A program made the translations under genes and the position numbers. Below are positions 46,662 through 56,713 of a stretch of DNA of 64,000 nt, in pieces. A model generated the notes under the pieces. The model made no database searches, was not told the origin of the DNA, and saw nothing but the letters and a program-made list of their open reading frames with translations. Source of the DNA: Candidatus Micrarchaeota archaeon (GTDB lineage Archaea; Micrarchaeota; Micrarchaeia; Micrarchaeales; Micrarchaeaceae); the NCBI GenBank assembly GCA_021799475.1, contig JAJZAJ010000002.1, positions 82,855 through 146,854 on the forward strand. The letters run 5' to 3'. Position 1 is the first letter of the stretch. Every line of letters starts with the position of its first letter.

Positions 46662-47894
46662 TTGGTTGCGAACAAATATGTTATTACACTACTTGGAGAA
46701 AAAGACCATGGAAAATCCACATTTATTGGAAATCTTCTTATAGCAACTGGCACAGTGAGCGAGCACCGTATAAAAGATGCGGAAAAATATGCGAAATCAG
46801 GAAGGTTTGAGCCTGCGTACATCCTTGACAGCTTTCCCGAAGAAAGATCACAGGAGATGACGATAGACACTACAAGAGCGGAGATCGAGCAGGATGGAAA
46901 TATATATGAATTTATAGATGTCCCTGGGCATCTGGAGCTGATAAAGAATATGTTGAGTGGTGCATCGAACGGTGATCTGGCAATATTGATGGTCTCTGCA
47001 AAATCTGGTGAAGGCTTCCAGCCGCAGACGAAAAGACACATATTTCTTTCGAATCTTCTGGGAATAAATGCGATGATAGTGGCAGTCAATAAGATGGATT
47101 TGTCTGGTTATGATAAGGATATATTCGATAGGATATGTAGTGAGGTAAAACTTTATCTTGATGCGATAGGCTTCAATAAACCATTGCATTTCATTCCTAT
47201 ATCTGCGTATGGAAATGAGAATATTGTGTCTCGTTCAGATAATATGCCATGGTATAATAATAAACCAATGTTCGATACGATTAGGGAGTTCGCGTCAGAG
47301 TATGGCCATGGAGATACGCCGAAAATCAAAGGATTGCGCCTTATTGTCCAGGATGTAATAGAGGATAATGGAAAGAGCATTGTTTTTGGCCAGATATATA
47401 GTGGCACTATCTTAGTTAATGCAAATGTTAGAATAGAACCTACTGGGAGCATGGAGAAAGTACTGGAGTTGCATGCAAAAGGCAAGGCTACGGACAGTGC
47501 AGAAGCAGGGACAAACGTGGTAATAAAATTAGAAGGCACAGGATTTGTTAAAAGGGGCGATATAATAACTGATGGAAGCGGCTCGTCCATGCTAAAAATA
47601 AAAGCGAAGGTATTTCTTATAAGACAGCTCGATGTCGTCAAACCTCAGAAATTAGTCTTTAAATTTAACAATAACGATCTTGTCGCATCTGCTATAGTTC
47701 CAAAAGGATCCATTTCTCCTGAAACTGGAATATACGGACCTGCAGGAAACATACTCTATGAAAATACATCTGCATTGGTAGATATCCATCTTACAAAACC
47801 TTACCTTGTAGAAAGATTCGAAGACCTTCGGGAATTAGGTAGGTTTGGGATATTCGAAGGCAATGACCTTATAGGTATAGGAGTGGTTGTGTGA
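46662..47894 (+). CDS. cysN: sulfate adenylyltransferase subunit 1-like translational-type GTPase
   Basis: G1 GEKDHGKST, G3 DVPGH, G4 NKMD, followed by beta-barrel domains. The start is assumed at the in-frame TTG at 46662, just after the cysD stop. The upstream part of the ORF overlaps cysD. Confidence 0.75.
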   Translation: MVANKYVITLLGEKDHGKSTFIGNLLIATGTVSEHRIKDAEKYAKSGRFEPAYILDSFPEERSQEMTIDTTRAEIEQDGNIYEFIDVPGHLELIKNMLSGASNGDLAILMVSAKSGEGFQPQTKRHIFLSNLLGINAMIVAVNKMDLSGYDKDIFDRICSEVKLYLDAIGFNKPLHFIPISAYGNENIVSRSDNMPWYNNKPMFDTIREFASEYGHGDTPKIKGLRLIVQDVIEDNGKSIVFGQIYSGTILVNANVRIEPTGSMEKVLELHAKGKATDSAEAGTNVVIKLEGTGFVKRGDIITDGSGSSMLKIKAKVFLIRQLDVVKPQKLVFKFNNNDLVASAIVPKGSISPETGIYGPAGNILYENTSALVDIHLTKPYLVERFEDLRELGRFGIFEGNDLIGIGVVV

Positions 47895-47941
47895 CTAACT
47901 CAATTTTAAATATTTATTATGTTTATATAATTCTGATATAG

Positions 47942-48697
47942 ATGCACGCTTGCAAGAGTATTCAGCACAGGCAGCCATTGGCTACGGATGACGCGATACG
48001 AAAACACATGGCAGCTGGAAAAATAGAGTTGCTTACTAAAGGCAAGACACTCATAGAGAAAGGAATATACAACAACGAGATTCTTTCTGATCGTCTAGGT
48101 CTATCAGGACCTGACGCAGCGGCGCATCTTAAGATAAAGGTAGCTGCATGTTTTGGTGTAGGTTCAAAACGACTTTTAAACAGACTTGAAAAAATAGATA
48201 TGCTATTAAAAAATATGAATAATATCAAAAGCCCTCTTGATTTTGATGACATGGTTGCTAAACAAATTGGATGCTCATCAAAAGTTGTAGGTGAATATAG
48301 GAGAGCTCTTGGACTATTTATTCGTAGTATGCCAAGGAGTAAGTTAAATAGCGAGAAAGAAAAAATCGAAAAGTCGATAGCTTCCGGTATGCTTGACGAA
48401 GAAATGGCAGCAACGCTGAATATCTCACCAAATACCTTTGAGGCCTGGAGATGCAGGATTGGGATAAGGAGACGCATATCTTCAAAAGAACTTCAAGATT
48501 ATCTTAGGCGCATGTCCGAAACTGGTGAGACCTTGGACAACGATAAAATCATGTTTGTTTCCAGAAGGTTTTCAAAGTCTCCAGACCAGATAAAGCGCAC
48601 TATAAGAAAAATGAACGGCCATGGGACTCCAATAGATGAAGCTATGCGCGAAGAAACGCTGCTACGCAGGAACGGAATATTAGAGAAAAATAACTGA
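47942..48697 (+). CDS. hypothetical protein with several tandem HTH-like modules
   Basis: 251 aa. Repeated helix-turn-helix-looking segments: ILSDRLGLSGPDAAAHL, MVAKQIGCSSKVVGEYR, MAATLNISPNTFEAWR, VSRRFSKSPDQIKRTI. Confidence 0.45.
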   Translation: MHACKSIQHRQPLATDDAIRKHMAAGKIELLTKGKTLIEKGIYNNEILSDRLGLSGPDAAAHLKIKVAACFGVGSKRLLNRLEKIDMLLKNMNNIKSPLDFDDMVAKQIGCSSKVVGEYRRALGLFIRSMPRSKLNSEKEKIEKSIASGMLDEEMAATLNISPNTFEAWRCRIGIRRRISSKELQDYLRRMSETGETLDNDKIMFVSRRFSKSPDQIKRTIRKMNGHGTPIDEAMREETLLRRNGILEKNN

Positions 48698-48740
48698 TGT
48701 TATAAAGCTCCATTCTTTGACCAAAGTGTTTAAAACTTAG

Positions 48741-49448
48741 TTGATAAACTTTAATGTGAGCAGCAGAATCAATCATATGTTTTCTGTCATAGCAAAAAAT
48801 TATGACAAGGCAAATAGCATACTCAGCCTTGGAAATGATAACTTATGGAGAACATATGCTGCCAAGGAATGCCTGAAAATCGGCAAGAACATTAAGGTGC
48901 TGGATGTCGCTACAGGTACAGGAAAACTTGCATTCTCAATAGCAAAAATAGCTAAAAACCGTGGTGTCCGCGTTTCTATTACGGGCATTGACTTCAATGA
49001 GGACATGCTCAGTTTAGCGAAAAGAAAATTGAAAGGAGCAGATAAGGAAATTATAGAATTTGTGATTGGAGATGCGCTTAGCATCAAATATAAGGATTGT
49101 GCTTTCAATGTAGTGACCAGTGGATTCGCATTAAGAAACTTTGACAATTTGCAAAATTTCATAAATGAGGCACATAGAGTTCTAAAGCCCGGCGGTCGGC
49201 TAGTCCTGCTTGATATGGCAAAACCTGAAGCGGGCTTGCTCAACGGAATAATGCGTTTCTATTATTTTAATATAATACCTCTTATCGGCGCGCACTATTA
49301 CAAAAATGCTTACATCCACCTTGTAAATACAGTCTGGGAATTTAACAAAGAAGATTTAATAAAAAAAGTTAGACATGCGGGTTTTAAAAAAATCAGAATA
49401 AAGAACTTGACACTTGGGGCTGCCTTCGTGCTGACTGCTAAGAAATAA
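48741..49448 (+). CDS. ubiE: UbiE/MenG-family SAM-dependent methyltransferase
   Basis: FSVIAKNYDKANSILSLGNDNLWR (UbiE N-terminal signature), VLDVATGTGKLA (motif I) and LKPGGRLVLLD. The start codon is uncertain (TTG 48741 or ATG 48777). Confidence 0.8.
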   Translation: MINFNVSSRINHMFSVIAKNYDKANSILSLGNDNLWRTYAAKECLKIGKNIKVLDVATGTGKLAFSIAKIAKNRGVRVSITGIDFNEDMLSLAKRKLKGADKEIIEFVIGDALSIKYKDCAFNVVTSGFALRNFDNLQNFINEAHRVLKPGGRLVLLDMAKPEAGLLNGIMRFYYFNIIPLIGAHYYKNAYIHLVNTVWEFNKEDLIKKVRHAGFKKIRIKNLTLGAAFVLTAKK

Positions 49449-49639
49449 CCGCTGGTTAATGCTGTGCTTATTTATCCTCCTTTCTCAGTTTCTCCTGCAG
49501 ATTCGCATGGGCTTCCTTACGCAGGCTGAGCAAATGCTCAAGAATTATGACCATTGCCCAATACAAACATTTGTATTTTTAAATATTTGATGCATTCAGT
49601 AGACAAAACTCACAGCTGCAACAAACTTATATATTTTAA

Positions 49640-50704
49640 ATGGCAATCTTGATTATGCCTCTTGTCCTGTTTGTTGATATGGACTATTACTATGCTGCGT
49701 GTGAGGAGCTGCGGCATCCTGAAGCAGTTGGAAAACCAATGATTGTCGGCACTGGCGACACGGCTGCAAAGATGAGCGGCGTGGTGGAGAGCTGCAACTA
49801 TGAAGCAAGAAAGTTAGATATAAGGAGCGCCATGCCTGTCGCACAGGCACTTAGGATAAACCCCGACATCATCTATATACCGGCAGACCACGATTACTAC
49901 GACAGGATGTCAGGTAGATTGATGGAGATCCTGAAGGCATTCGGTTACAGGATGGAGGTGATTAGCATCGATGAAGCCGCAGTTGATCTTGATAGTATGA
50001 GCTATGAGCAGGGACTTGTACAAGGAAAGCGCATAAAGGAAGAAATAAGAAAAACGCTTCGATTGCCATGCACTGTAGGCATTGCAGATGGAAAAGTGCT
50101 AGCTAAGATTGTCTGCGACAGCGCAAAGCCGGATGGGTTGAAACTGGTAGAAAGAAAAGATATTGTGCAGTTTCTTTCGGAAAAAAGCGCTGATAAGATA
50201 CCAGGGGTGGGAAAGAAAACTGCAGAGAAACTTGAGGCTATTGGTATTAAGACAATTGGAGATATAGCAAAATCAGATCTCGTTAGCCTATCTTCAGCAG
50301 TAGGTTCTTTTGGTTTTGAACTGTTTCAAATAGCAAATGGAATTGATGAGAGCAGGATAGTTGAGCATTATGAGACGCTATCTGTAGGAAGGGAGCGCAC
50401 ACTTGATGCAACAAAGGACGTGCAGAAGATATATTTGCTTTTAGATGAGCTATCAGAAGAAGTCTATAGAGAGATAACAAAGAATGGCTTTCGTTTTAGA
50501 ACAGTAACTGCAAAAGCACGTTATAGCGACTTCACCGACAAAATAAAATCGAAAACGCTTGGATACTGGACAGACTCGCCGGAAATTTTAAAACAGACAG
50601 CAAAGGCATTGATAAGAGAGCTGATAGAAGAGAAGCCTATCAGGAAAGTAGGTGTGCGTGTATCATCACTCGAAATGGGAAATAAGCAAATGAAGCTATT
50701 CTGA
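49640..50704 (+). CDS. dinB: Y-family DNA polymerase IV (Dbh/Dpo4-like)
   Basis: VLFVDMDYYYAACEE, SIDEAAVDL and the HhH PGVGKKTAEKL. A TATA lies at about 49626-49636, so the true leaderless start may be the ATG at 49655. Confidence 0.9.
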   Translation: MAILIMPLVLFVDMDYYYAACEELRHPEAVGKPMIVGTGDTAAKMSGVVESCNYEARKLDIRSAMPVAQALRINPDIIYIPADHDYYDRMSGRLMEILKAFGYRMEVISIDEAAVDLDSMSYEQGLVQGKRIKEEIRKTLRLPCTVGIADGKVLAKIVCDSAKPDGLKLVERKDIVQFLSEKSADKIPGVGKKTAEKLEAIGIKTIGDIAKSDLVSLSSAVGSFGFELFQIANGIDESRIVEHYETLSVGRERTLDATKDVQKIYLLLDELSEEVYREITKNGFRFRTVTAKARYSDFTDKIKSKTLGYWTDSPEILKQTAKALIRELIEEKPIRKVGVRVSSLEMGNKQMKLF

Positions 50705-51667
50705 TTACGGATTATTTTGCAGATATTCCCTAACGCGCAATGCAGCTTTGACGCCTTCGGCTGATGCTGTCGAGGCTTGCCTGTAGAATTTGTCTGCATT
50801 ATCTCCTGCTACGAATATACCTTCGATATCTGTCATTACATCATCCCTTGTGACAATGTAACCGTGTTCGTCAAGTTCTAACTTTCCCTGCAGGAATTTT
50901 GTACTTGGCACATAGCCTATTGCGATGAAGACCCCTTGTGCAACGAGTTCTGCTGTTTTCCCGTTCTTCAGGTTCTTTATCCTGACACCAGTGACTTTCT
51001 CCGGTTGTTCCGTCCCAAGTATCTCATCTACTACACTGTCCCAGATTATCTTTATCTTTGGATTGTTTTTAACATGATCCTGCATTATTTTACTGGCCTT
51101 AAATGCATCTTTCCTGTGGATTATTGTGACGCTTGTGCAAAACCTTGTGAGAAAACTGGCATCCTCCATCGCAGTATCTCCTCCTCCAACCACGATCACG
51201 TCTTTCCCCTTGAAGAAGGCACCATCGCATGTGGCGCAAGTGCTCACTCCCGTACCCATAAACTTCATTTCTGACTTAATACCTAGAAGCCTTGGGCTTG
51301 CACCTGTTGCTATTATAACCGTTTTTGCCTCGTAAGTTTGGCTGGCCGTTATAACTTTAAAAGGTCTTTTGGTGAAGTCCACATCTATTACATCCTCATT
51401 GATTATCCTGGCGCCGAAACGCTCGGCCTGTTTTCGCATTTTTTCCACTAGCTCTGGACCCATTATCCCATCAGGATAACCTGGATAATTGTCTACAACT
51501 GTCGTCATTAGCAGTTGTCCTCCTGCAATACTCCCGGCTATTACTAGCGGCTTAAATTCCTCTCTAGCAGCATACAGAGCGGCAGAAAGCCCAGCCGGAC
51601 CGCCTCCTATCACTATTACGTTTTCTGGCATGAAAAGACCTGCAGTATATCTTATGATGTCAACCAA
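50705..51667 (-). CDS. trxB: thioredoxin-disulfide reductase
   Basis: VIVIGGGPAGLSAALYAAR, redox-active CATCDG, the NADPH site VVGGGDTAMEDA and C-terminal GIFVAGD. Confidence 0.9.
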   Translation of the reverse strand: MVDIIRYTAGLFMPENVIVIGGGPAGLSAALYAAREEFKPLVIAGSIAGGQLLMTTVVDNYPGYPDGIMGPELVEKMRKQAERFGARIINEDVIDVDFTKRPFKVITASQTYEAKTVIIATGASPRLLGIKSEMKFMGTGVSTCATCDGAFFKGKDVIVVGGGDTAMEDASFLTRFCTSVTIIHRKDAFKASKIMQDHVKNNPKIKIIWDSVVDEILGTEQPEKVTGVRIKNLKNGKTAELVAQGVFIAIGYVPSTKFLQGKLELDEHGYIVTRDDVMTDIEGIFVAGDNADKFYRQASTASAEGVKAALRVREYLQNNP

Positions 51668-51675
51668 TAAAAAGA

Positions 51676-52680
51676 TTGCCTCACATACTTCAGAGGCACG
51701 ACCGGGTATTTATCATGATCAATGCTAATAACTTAAGGATAAGTCTAGATAGGAGGTCAAAAGGCTCTGATCTTGATTTTATATCGCACGCACATGCCGA
51801 CCATATAAGCTCTGCTAAATCGACAAAGCACGCGATAGCAAGTGAGGAAACTGTAGCATTGCTAAAAAAAATTAATGATATAGAGCTGAAGCACGAGAAA
51901 ACTCCTGACTTTATGCAGCTTTATGATGCGGGACACATTCTAGGCTCTAAACAAATTGCAATCAATGATGAGGTCAGTGGGCGAAGAATACTTTACACCG
52001 GCGATTTCCAGCTGCAGAACGGCAGGGCCTGCAAAAAACTGCAGATAACAGGAGCCGATACAATAATAGTTGACTCTACATATTTCGACCCTAGAATAAA
52101 ATTTGACGAAAGGAGTGAGGTTGAGATAGCAATACAGAAATGGACCCAGGGAAAACTGCGCAACGGGATTGCGCTCTTCAGCACATTTGCACTCGGAAAA
52201 GCGCAGGAACTTATAATGATACTTAATGAGGTTGGAATAGTTCCCGTTGTCAGTGAAAAAATTGCAAGAATAAATGAAGTGTATGCGCATTGCGGTCTAG
52301 ACCTTGACTATATAGCTGACTACGAAGACGGAGCCGAATACATACAGCTGTTAAAGGAGAATTTTGTTGGGATAACAGATGGCCCGGGAGATCAGATAAG
52401 AGCGTGTGTGTCAGAAGCTTATGGCAAACGTGTTTACAGCGCGGTAGCGACCGGATTCTCAAAAGTAATGAAATTCAATACAGATGTGCAGTTTTCGTTG
52501 AGTGATCATGCAGATTTCTGGCAGGCTTATGATTATATTGGGATGACTGGAGCAAAAAATGTGCTTACTTATGGCCCGAATGCAGTGCAAATGGCAATAA
52601 ACCTGTCGCGGAACGGATGCGGAGCAGAGCCGTATGCAGAAGCTGCCGTTACACAGCAAATGGCAACTCTTATTAAATGA
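51676..52680 (+). CDS. metallo-beta-lactamase-fold, beta-CASP-like nuclease
   Basis: SHAHADHIS (HxHxDH), GHILGS, IVDSTYF (beta-CASP motif A-like) and SDHAD. The likely start is the ATG at 51715. Confidence 0.65.
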   Translation: MPHILQRHDRVFIMINANNLRISLDRRSKGSDLDFISHAHADHISSAKSTKHAIASEETVALLKKINDIELKHEKTPDFMQLYDAGHILGSKQIAINDEVSGRRILYTGDFQLQNGRACKKLQITGADTIIVDSTYFDPRIKFDERSEVEIAIQKWTQGKLRNGIALFSTFALGKAQELIMILNEVGIVPVVSEKIARINEVYAHCGLDLDYIADYEDGAEYIQLLKENFVGITDGPGDQIRACVSEAYGKRVYSAVATGFSKVMKFNTDVQFSLSDHADFWQAYDYIGMTGAKNVLTYGPNAVQMAINLSRNGCGAEPYAEAAVTQQMATLIK

Positions 52681-52867
52681 AATTTTAGAATCCGGCATAT
52701 CGAAAAGAAGATTGTGATCCGGGAAGACATTTGTCCCTGGATAATTTTAATAAATTTGAGCTCTTCTCAATAAACACAATAGGCAAGTTATCAGGAAAGT
52801 TATATATATTTCAAAAAAGGAGTATGCTAGCCTCGCTATATAGTTTCGGCATTGGCTGTGGGAGTGA

Positions 52868-53695
52868 ATGAATATGAACAGTATAGAAGATAAAGACATG
52901 ATAAAAGTAGCCCTGCTTCCTGGCGAACGCATAATATACAAAACAAAATGCGTTCCGTTTTCTTTCATGATATTTATACCTTCGCATATTGCGATAGCGA
53001 CTAACAAACGCTTTATGATAATAGGAGGCTTCATCAGAAAACAAAATCTGTCCATCTCTTATGACGGAATTGCCGCGGTTAGGAGCAATAACCGGCTCCT
53101 GTGGTCAGATTTTATTTTGCATCTGCATGGTCATGATGAAAAATCAAACAGGAAAAATAGGCTCAGCTTTATGAATAAATCGGCTTCTCTTGCGCTTTTC
53201 AGCATAGTGAGCAACCAAGTAGCGTATAGCAAGGGAGAACCGCCTCTTTCCTCATATAATCCGATGCAATACACTTATAAGCTGCCATTAGTAAATGGGC
53301 CGTCATTGACAAAATTTATAAGGAAAGAAAGAGCATTTAGCATGGCTGATATGATAAAGGAGAAAGTGTCGCACCGTCATGCAAGAAGAGATACTGAAAA
53401 GAAAGATACGAAAGATACAAAAGATACTGCAAGATTCAGTGTCCCTATATTTGGCAGTGCTCCGTTAGACGTGAGTCATAAGGTAAATATACCGACCTAT
53501 ACAGTAAGCGAATTGGTACATACTATGACAGAGCGGGTCAGGCCAAGCAGAGCTTCTGAACAGCATAAGCAGGAAGGTCATAAAAAAATCAGACTCAACC
53601 CAGATAGAGACATGCAGATATTCAGAATAAGAAATATAAGGAATGCTTCGCTCCCGCCAATAGGGACAACCAGCTTAGAGCAGCAAAGCCATTAA
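52868..53695 (+). CDS. hypothetical protein with N-terminal bacterial-PH (YdbT/DUF304-like) region
   Basis: LLPGERIIYKTK + two hydrophobic helices + ITNKRFMIIGG is a pattern typical of bPH_2 domains. The C-terminal half is charged and low-complexity (KDTKDTKDT). Confidence 0.4.
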   Translation: MNMNSIEDKDMIKVALLPGERIIYKTKCVPFSFMIFIPSHIAIATNKRFMIIGGFIRKQNLSISYDGIAAVRSNNRLLWSDFILHLHGHDEKSNRKNRLSFMNKSASLALFSIVSNQVAYSKGEPPLSSYNPMQYTYKLPLVNGPSLTKFIRKERAFSMADMIKEKVSHRHARRDTEKKDTKDTKDTARFSVPIFGSAPLDVSHKVNIPTYTVSELVHTMTERVRPSRASEQHKQEGHKKIRLNPDRDMQIFRIRNIRNASLPPIGTTSLEQQSH

Positions 53696-53720
53696 TATTT
53701 TAAATGGGTAATGGTAGCTG

Positions 53721-55850
53721 ATGGAAATCATATCCTTAAAGGGAATGTTACCCTTTGAAATCATAGATTCAATAACAAGCAGGGGAATCGTATCGCTGAC
53801 ACCGCCGCAGGAGCAGGCTGTTGAGAAGGGATTGCTGAAGGGCAAAAGCATCGTAGTCGCATCTCCAACTGCCAGCGGAAAGACGCTTGTTGCTGAAATC
53901 GCATGTGCGAATGCAGTTATAGCAAATAGGCGCAAAGCAGTGTACGTTGCACCTATGCGAGCGCTTGTTGGTGAAAAATTCAACGAGTTTAAGCATGCTT
54001 ATCCTTACATCAAGACAGCTATGTCTATTGGTGATTTAGACTCCTCTGACAGCTGGCTGAGAAGCTGCGACGTACTTTTCGTCTCCACTGAAAAATTCGA
54101 TAGCCTTATGAGGCATGGGATAGACTGGTTGCCCCAAGTAGGCTGTATAGTCTTCGATGAAATCCATATGGTGGGGGATTACTCAAGAGGGCCAACACTT
54201 GAGATACTTATAACCAGACTGAAGAGCAATACCGATGCGCAGATAATAGCACTCAGTGCAACTATAGGCAATGCGAAAGATATAGCTAAATGGATTAATG
54301 CCGAGCTGGTATCAAGCTATTACCGACCTGTGAAACTTAAGAAAGGGATAGTGAATGACGGAATAGCCTACTGTGCAGATCCCGATTCCTTGAAAGATAT
54401 AGTAGAGGAAAGGCTTGAAGGCAGAGCAACAATCCCAGAGGTAAGAATTGTTGAAGATACAATAGCGAGAGGAAAGCAAGCGCTGATATTCTATTCGACA
54501 AAGAGGAATGCCGAAGCGGGCGCTGCTAGACTGGCTCCACATGTAGAGGGATGTTTTTCTGCTGAAGAAAGGAAAAAACTTGATGCGCTTGCGGAAAAAG
54601 TGCGGAATATCCTTGAAAGGCCGACGGAACAGTGTATAAAGCTATCGGATCTAATAAGAAAAGGCGTTGCTTTTCACCATGCCGGACTTATCAATGCGCA
54701 GAAAAATCTTGTTGAGGAAGCTTTCAAAGCCGGATCACTTAAAGCAGTATGTTCAACTACTACGCTTGCCCTTGGCATAAACATGCCTGCACACACAGTG
54801 CTTGTACGTGATATAACAAGGTTTGACAGCGGCATTAGTGAGATGATGGGTGTTAATGAAGTAACTCAAATTTTTGGCAGGGCTGGAAGGCCCAAATATG
54901 ACACTGAAGGAAGGGCATTCCTACTGGCAGCTACAAAGGAGAGGGTCAGTGAATTATTTAGAAGCTATATAACAGCATCTCCTGAACCGGTCTTCTCAAG
55001 CCTCGGGGTTATACCAGTTTTAAGATCGCATGTCCTCGCGTTTATAGCGGAAAATTTCCTTACCGACAAAGCTGCAATGCAGTCATTTCTTCTTAAAACA
55101 TTCTATGGTTTCCAGTATGGCAACACAAGACATATCAAAAATCTTCTTGATGAGATCATCGATGAGCTCATAGATTTTGAATTCATAAAAAAGGAAGATG
55201 AAGGTTTCCTAGCTACAAAGATAGGTAAGCGTGTAAGCGAGCTTTACATAGATCCGATATCAGCCAAATGGCTGATAAACAGCCTGGAAAGAAAGAATGA
55301 TATAAATGGGCTGCTCTTCATGCTAACCAATACTATAGAGATGCGTCCTTATGTTAAGGCGACGCTAGAAGCAGAAGAAGAATTTGCGGCACATAATATC
55401 CTTTACAGAAGCAGTGGTTTGTATAGAGAGATTGATAGAATGGATTACGGGTATTACGATCCGGTAAAAGCATTCAGCACTGCGCTGATGCTCAGGGACT
55501 GGATTGATGAAAAAAAGGAGCAGGATATAGTAAAAAAATACAATACTACTCCGGGGACTCTGTTCTCAAAATTATCGAATGCGGACTGGATAATATATTC
55601 TGCGACGGAACTTGCAAAGCTCCTCAAGAAACCTATACACGATCTTGTTGATCTTAGAGTAAGGATGCGCTATGGTATCAGGGAAGAGCTTCTTGATCTG
55701 GTTAGACTGGAACAGATTGGAAGAGTGAGGGCGAGGATGCTGTTTTCGAAAGGGATAAAGAAAGTATCAGAAATAAGGGACAACAGAGAAAAAATCGTTG
55801 AGATTCTCGGTACTGAGATATCAAATAAGATATTTGAACAGGTGCTTTGA
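53721..55850 (+). CDS. hel308: Ski2-like DNA helicase Hel308
   Basis: 709 aa. LTPPQEQAV...VASPTASGKT, DEIH, SATIGN, HHAGL, TTTLALGINMPA and GRAGRPKYD, plus C-terminal winged-helix/ratchet/HhH regions. Confidence 0.9.
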   Translation: MEIISLKGMLPFEIIDSITSRGIVSLTPPQEQAVEKGLLKGKSIVVASPTASGKTLVAEIACANAVIANRRKAVYVAPMRALVGEKFNEFKHAYPYIKTAMSIGDLDSSDSWLRSCDVLFVSTEKFDSLMRHGIDWLPQVGCIVFDEIHMVGDYSRGPTLEILITRLKSNTDAQIIALSATIGNAKDIAKWINAELVSSYYRPVKLKKGIVNDGIAYCADPDSLKDIVEERLEGRATIPEVRIVEDTIARGKQALIFYSTKRNAEAGAARLAPHVEGCFSAEERKKLDALAEKVRNILERPTEQCIKLSDLIRKGVAFHHAGLINAQKNLVEEAFKAGSLKAVCSTTTLALGINMPAHTVLVRDITRFDSGISEMMGVNEVTQIFGRAGRPKYDTEGRAFLLAATKERVSELFRSYITASPEPVFSSLGVIPVLRSHVLAFIAENFLTDKAAMQSFLLKTFYGFQYGNTRHIKNLLDEIIDELIDFEFIKKEDEGFLATKIGKRVSELYIDPISAKWLINSLERKNDINGLLFMLTNTIEMRPYVKATLEAEEEFAAHNILYRSSGLYREIDRMDYGYYDPVKAFSTALMLRDWIDEKKEQDIVKKYNTTPGTLFSKLSNADWIIYSATELAKLLKKPIHDLVDLRVRMRYGIREELLDLVRLEQIGRVRARMLFSKGIKKVSEIRDNREKIVEILGTEISNKIFEQVL

Positions 55851-56395
55851 TGGAAGTACATAGTCCTGGGCTAAGAGTCTACTTAAAACAGCTTGATTTG
55901 ACGGATGCTGAGGAATTTGCACATCAGATAAATGATCCGGTAATAGCAAGAAATGTGTCAAGCCCCGGAAATATCATCCCTTATCCTTATACTAAAGAAG
56001 ATGCGCTGTTCTTCATAGACGCACTTAAGAGAGAGTACGCATCAGGGATATCGGTAAGCTTTGGAATACGCGCCGTGGAAAACAATTTGTTCGTTGGTTC
56101 CGCAGGCATCGGAGAGATAGATGCGATAAAGAAACAGTGCTTGATTGTATACTGGCTGGGCAGACAGCACTGGAGGCAGAGTTACGGAACTGAAACGCTG
56201 CGACTGCTTCTTGCTTATGGTTTTGAGAAATTAGGGCTTATAAAAATCAGTGCAGAAGTCGATCCTGATAATACAGGGTCTATCGCGCTTTTGAGAAGCC
56301 TGGAATTCGAGCAGGAGCGGTTTGATAATATCATGCGCTTTGGGATTAAGCGGCATGATTATATAAATCCTCTGAAAATAAAAGTAGACCTATGA
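55847..56395 (+). CDS. GNAT-family N-acetyltransferase (RimJ/RimL-like)
   Basis: 182 aa. LRVYLKQLDLTDAEEF..., WLGRQHWRQSYGTETLRLLLAYGFEKLGLIKI (acetyl-CoA motif A). ATGA overlap with hel308. Confidence 0.8.
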   Translation: MMEVHSPGLRVYLKQLDLTDAEEFAHQINDPVIARNVSSPGNIIPYPYTKEDALFFIDALKREYASGISVSFGIRAVENNLFVGSAGIGEIDAIKKQCLIVYWLGRQHWRQSYGTETLRLLLAYGFEKLGLIKISAEVDPDNTGSIALLRSLEFEQERFDNIMRFGIKRHDYINPLKIKVDL

Positions 56396-56469
56396 TCGGC
56401 TATTCCACTATTTAGGGAGTGTTTGCGAATCCTTTATATATCCTTGTAGAAATCGTACTGGATTTCAGT

Positions 56470-56682
56470 TTGGGTGAAAAATTGTACATTTCGAGATCAA
56501 CAGCGAGGAGGATATTGAAGAATGCGGGAGCAACCCGTGTAAGCAACAGAGCTATTGTAATTTTCCAGAACAGGCTCAACAGGATAGCGTACGAAGGCGC
56601 ATCCAAGTCGATAAGGCTTGCAAGGCACGCAAAGAGGAGGACTGTAGATATATCTGACGTGCAGCTAGCAATGAATCGGTAA
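56470..56682 (+). CDS. archaeal histone (HMf-type histone fold)
   Basis: ISRSTARRILKNAGATRVSNRAIVIFQNRLNRIAYEGASKSIRLARHAKRRTVDISDVQLAM aligns with the HMfB pattern (RI-K-AGA-RVS ... LA-HA-R-KT-...D). The TATA CTTTATATATCC at 56441-56452 favours a TTG start at 56470 over the ATG at 56419. Confidence 0.8.
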   Translation: MGEKLYISRSTARRILKNAGATRVSNRAIVIFQNRLNRIAYEGASKSIRLARHAKRRTVDISDVQLAMNR

Positions 56683-56713
56683 CTTCCGCAATAGTAGCCT
56701 GCCGGTTATCCTG

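Noticed and set aside
45853-47089. Long antisense ORFs (163, 102 and 232 aa) opposite cysD/cysN
   Set aside because: They fully overlap genes with strong family signatures. The translated sequences are low-complexity Ser/Phe/Ile-rich, as is typical of the reverse strand of AT-rich coding DNA.
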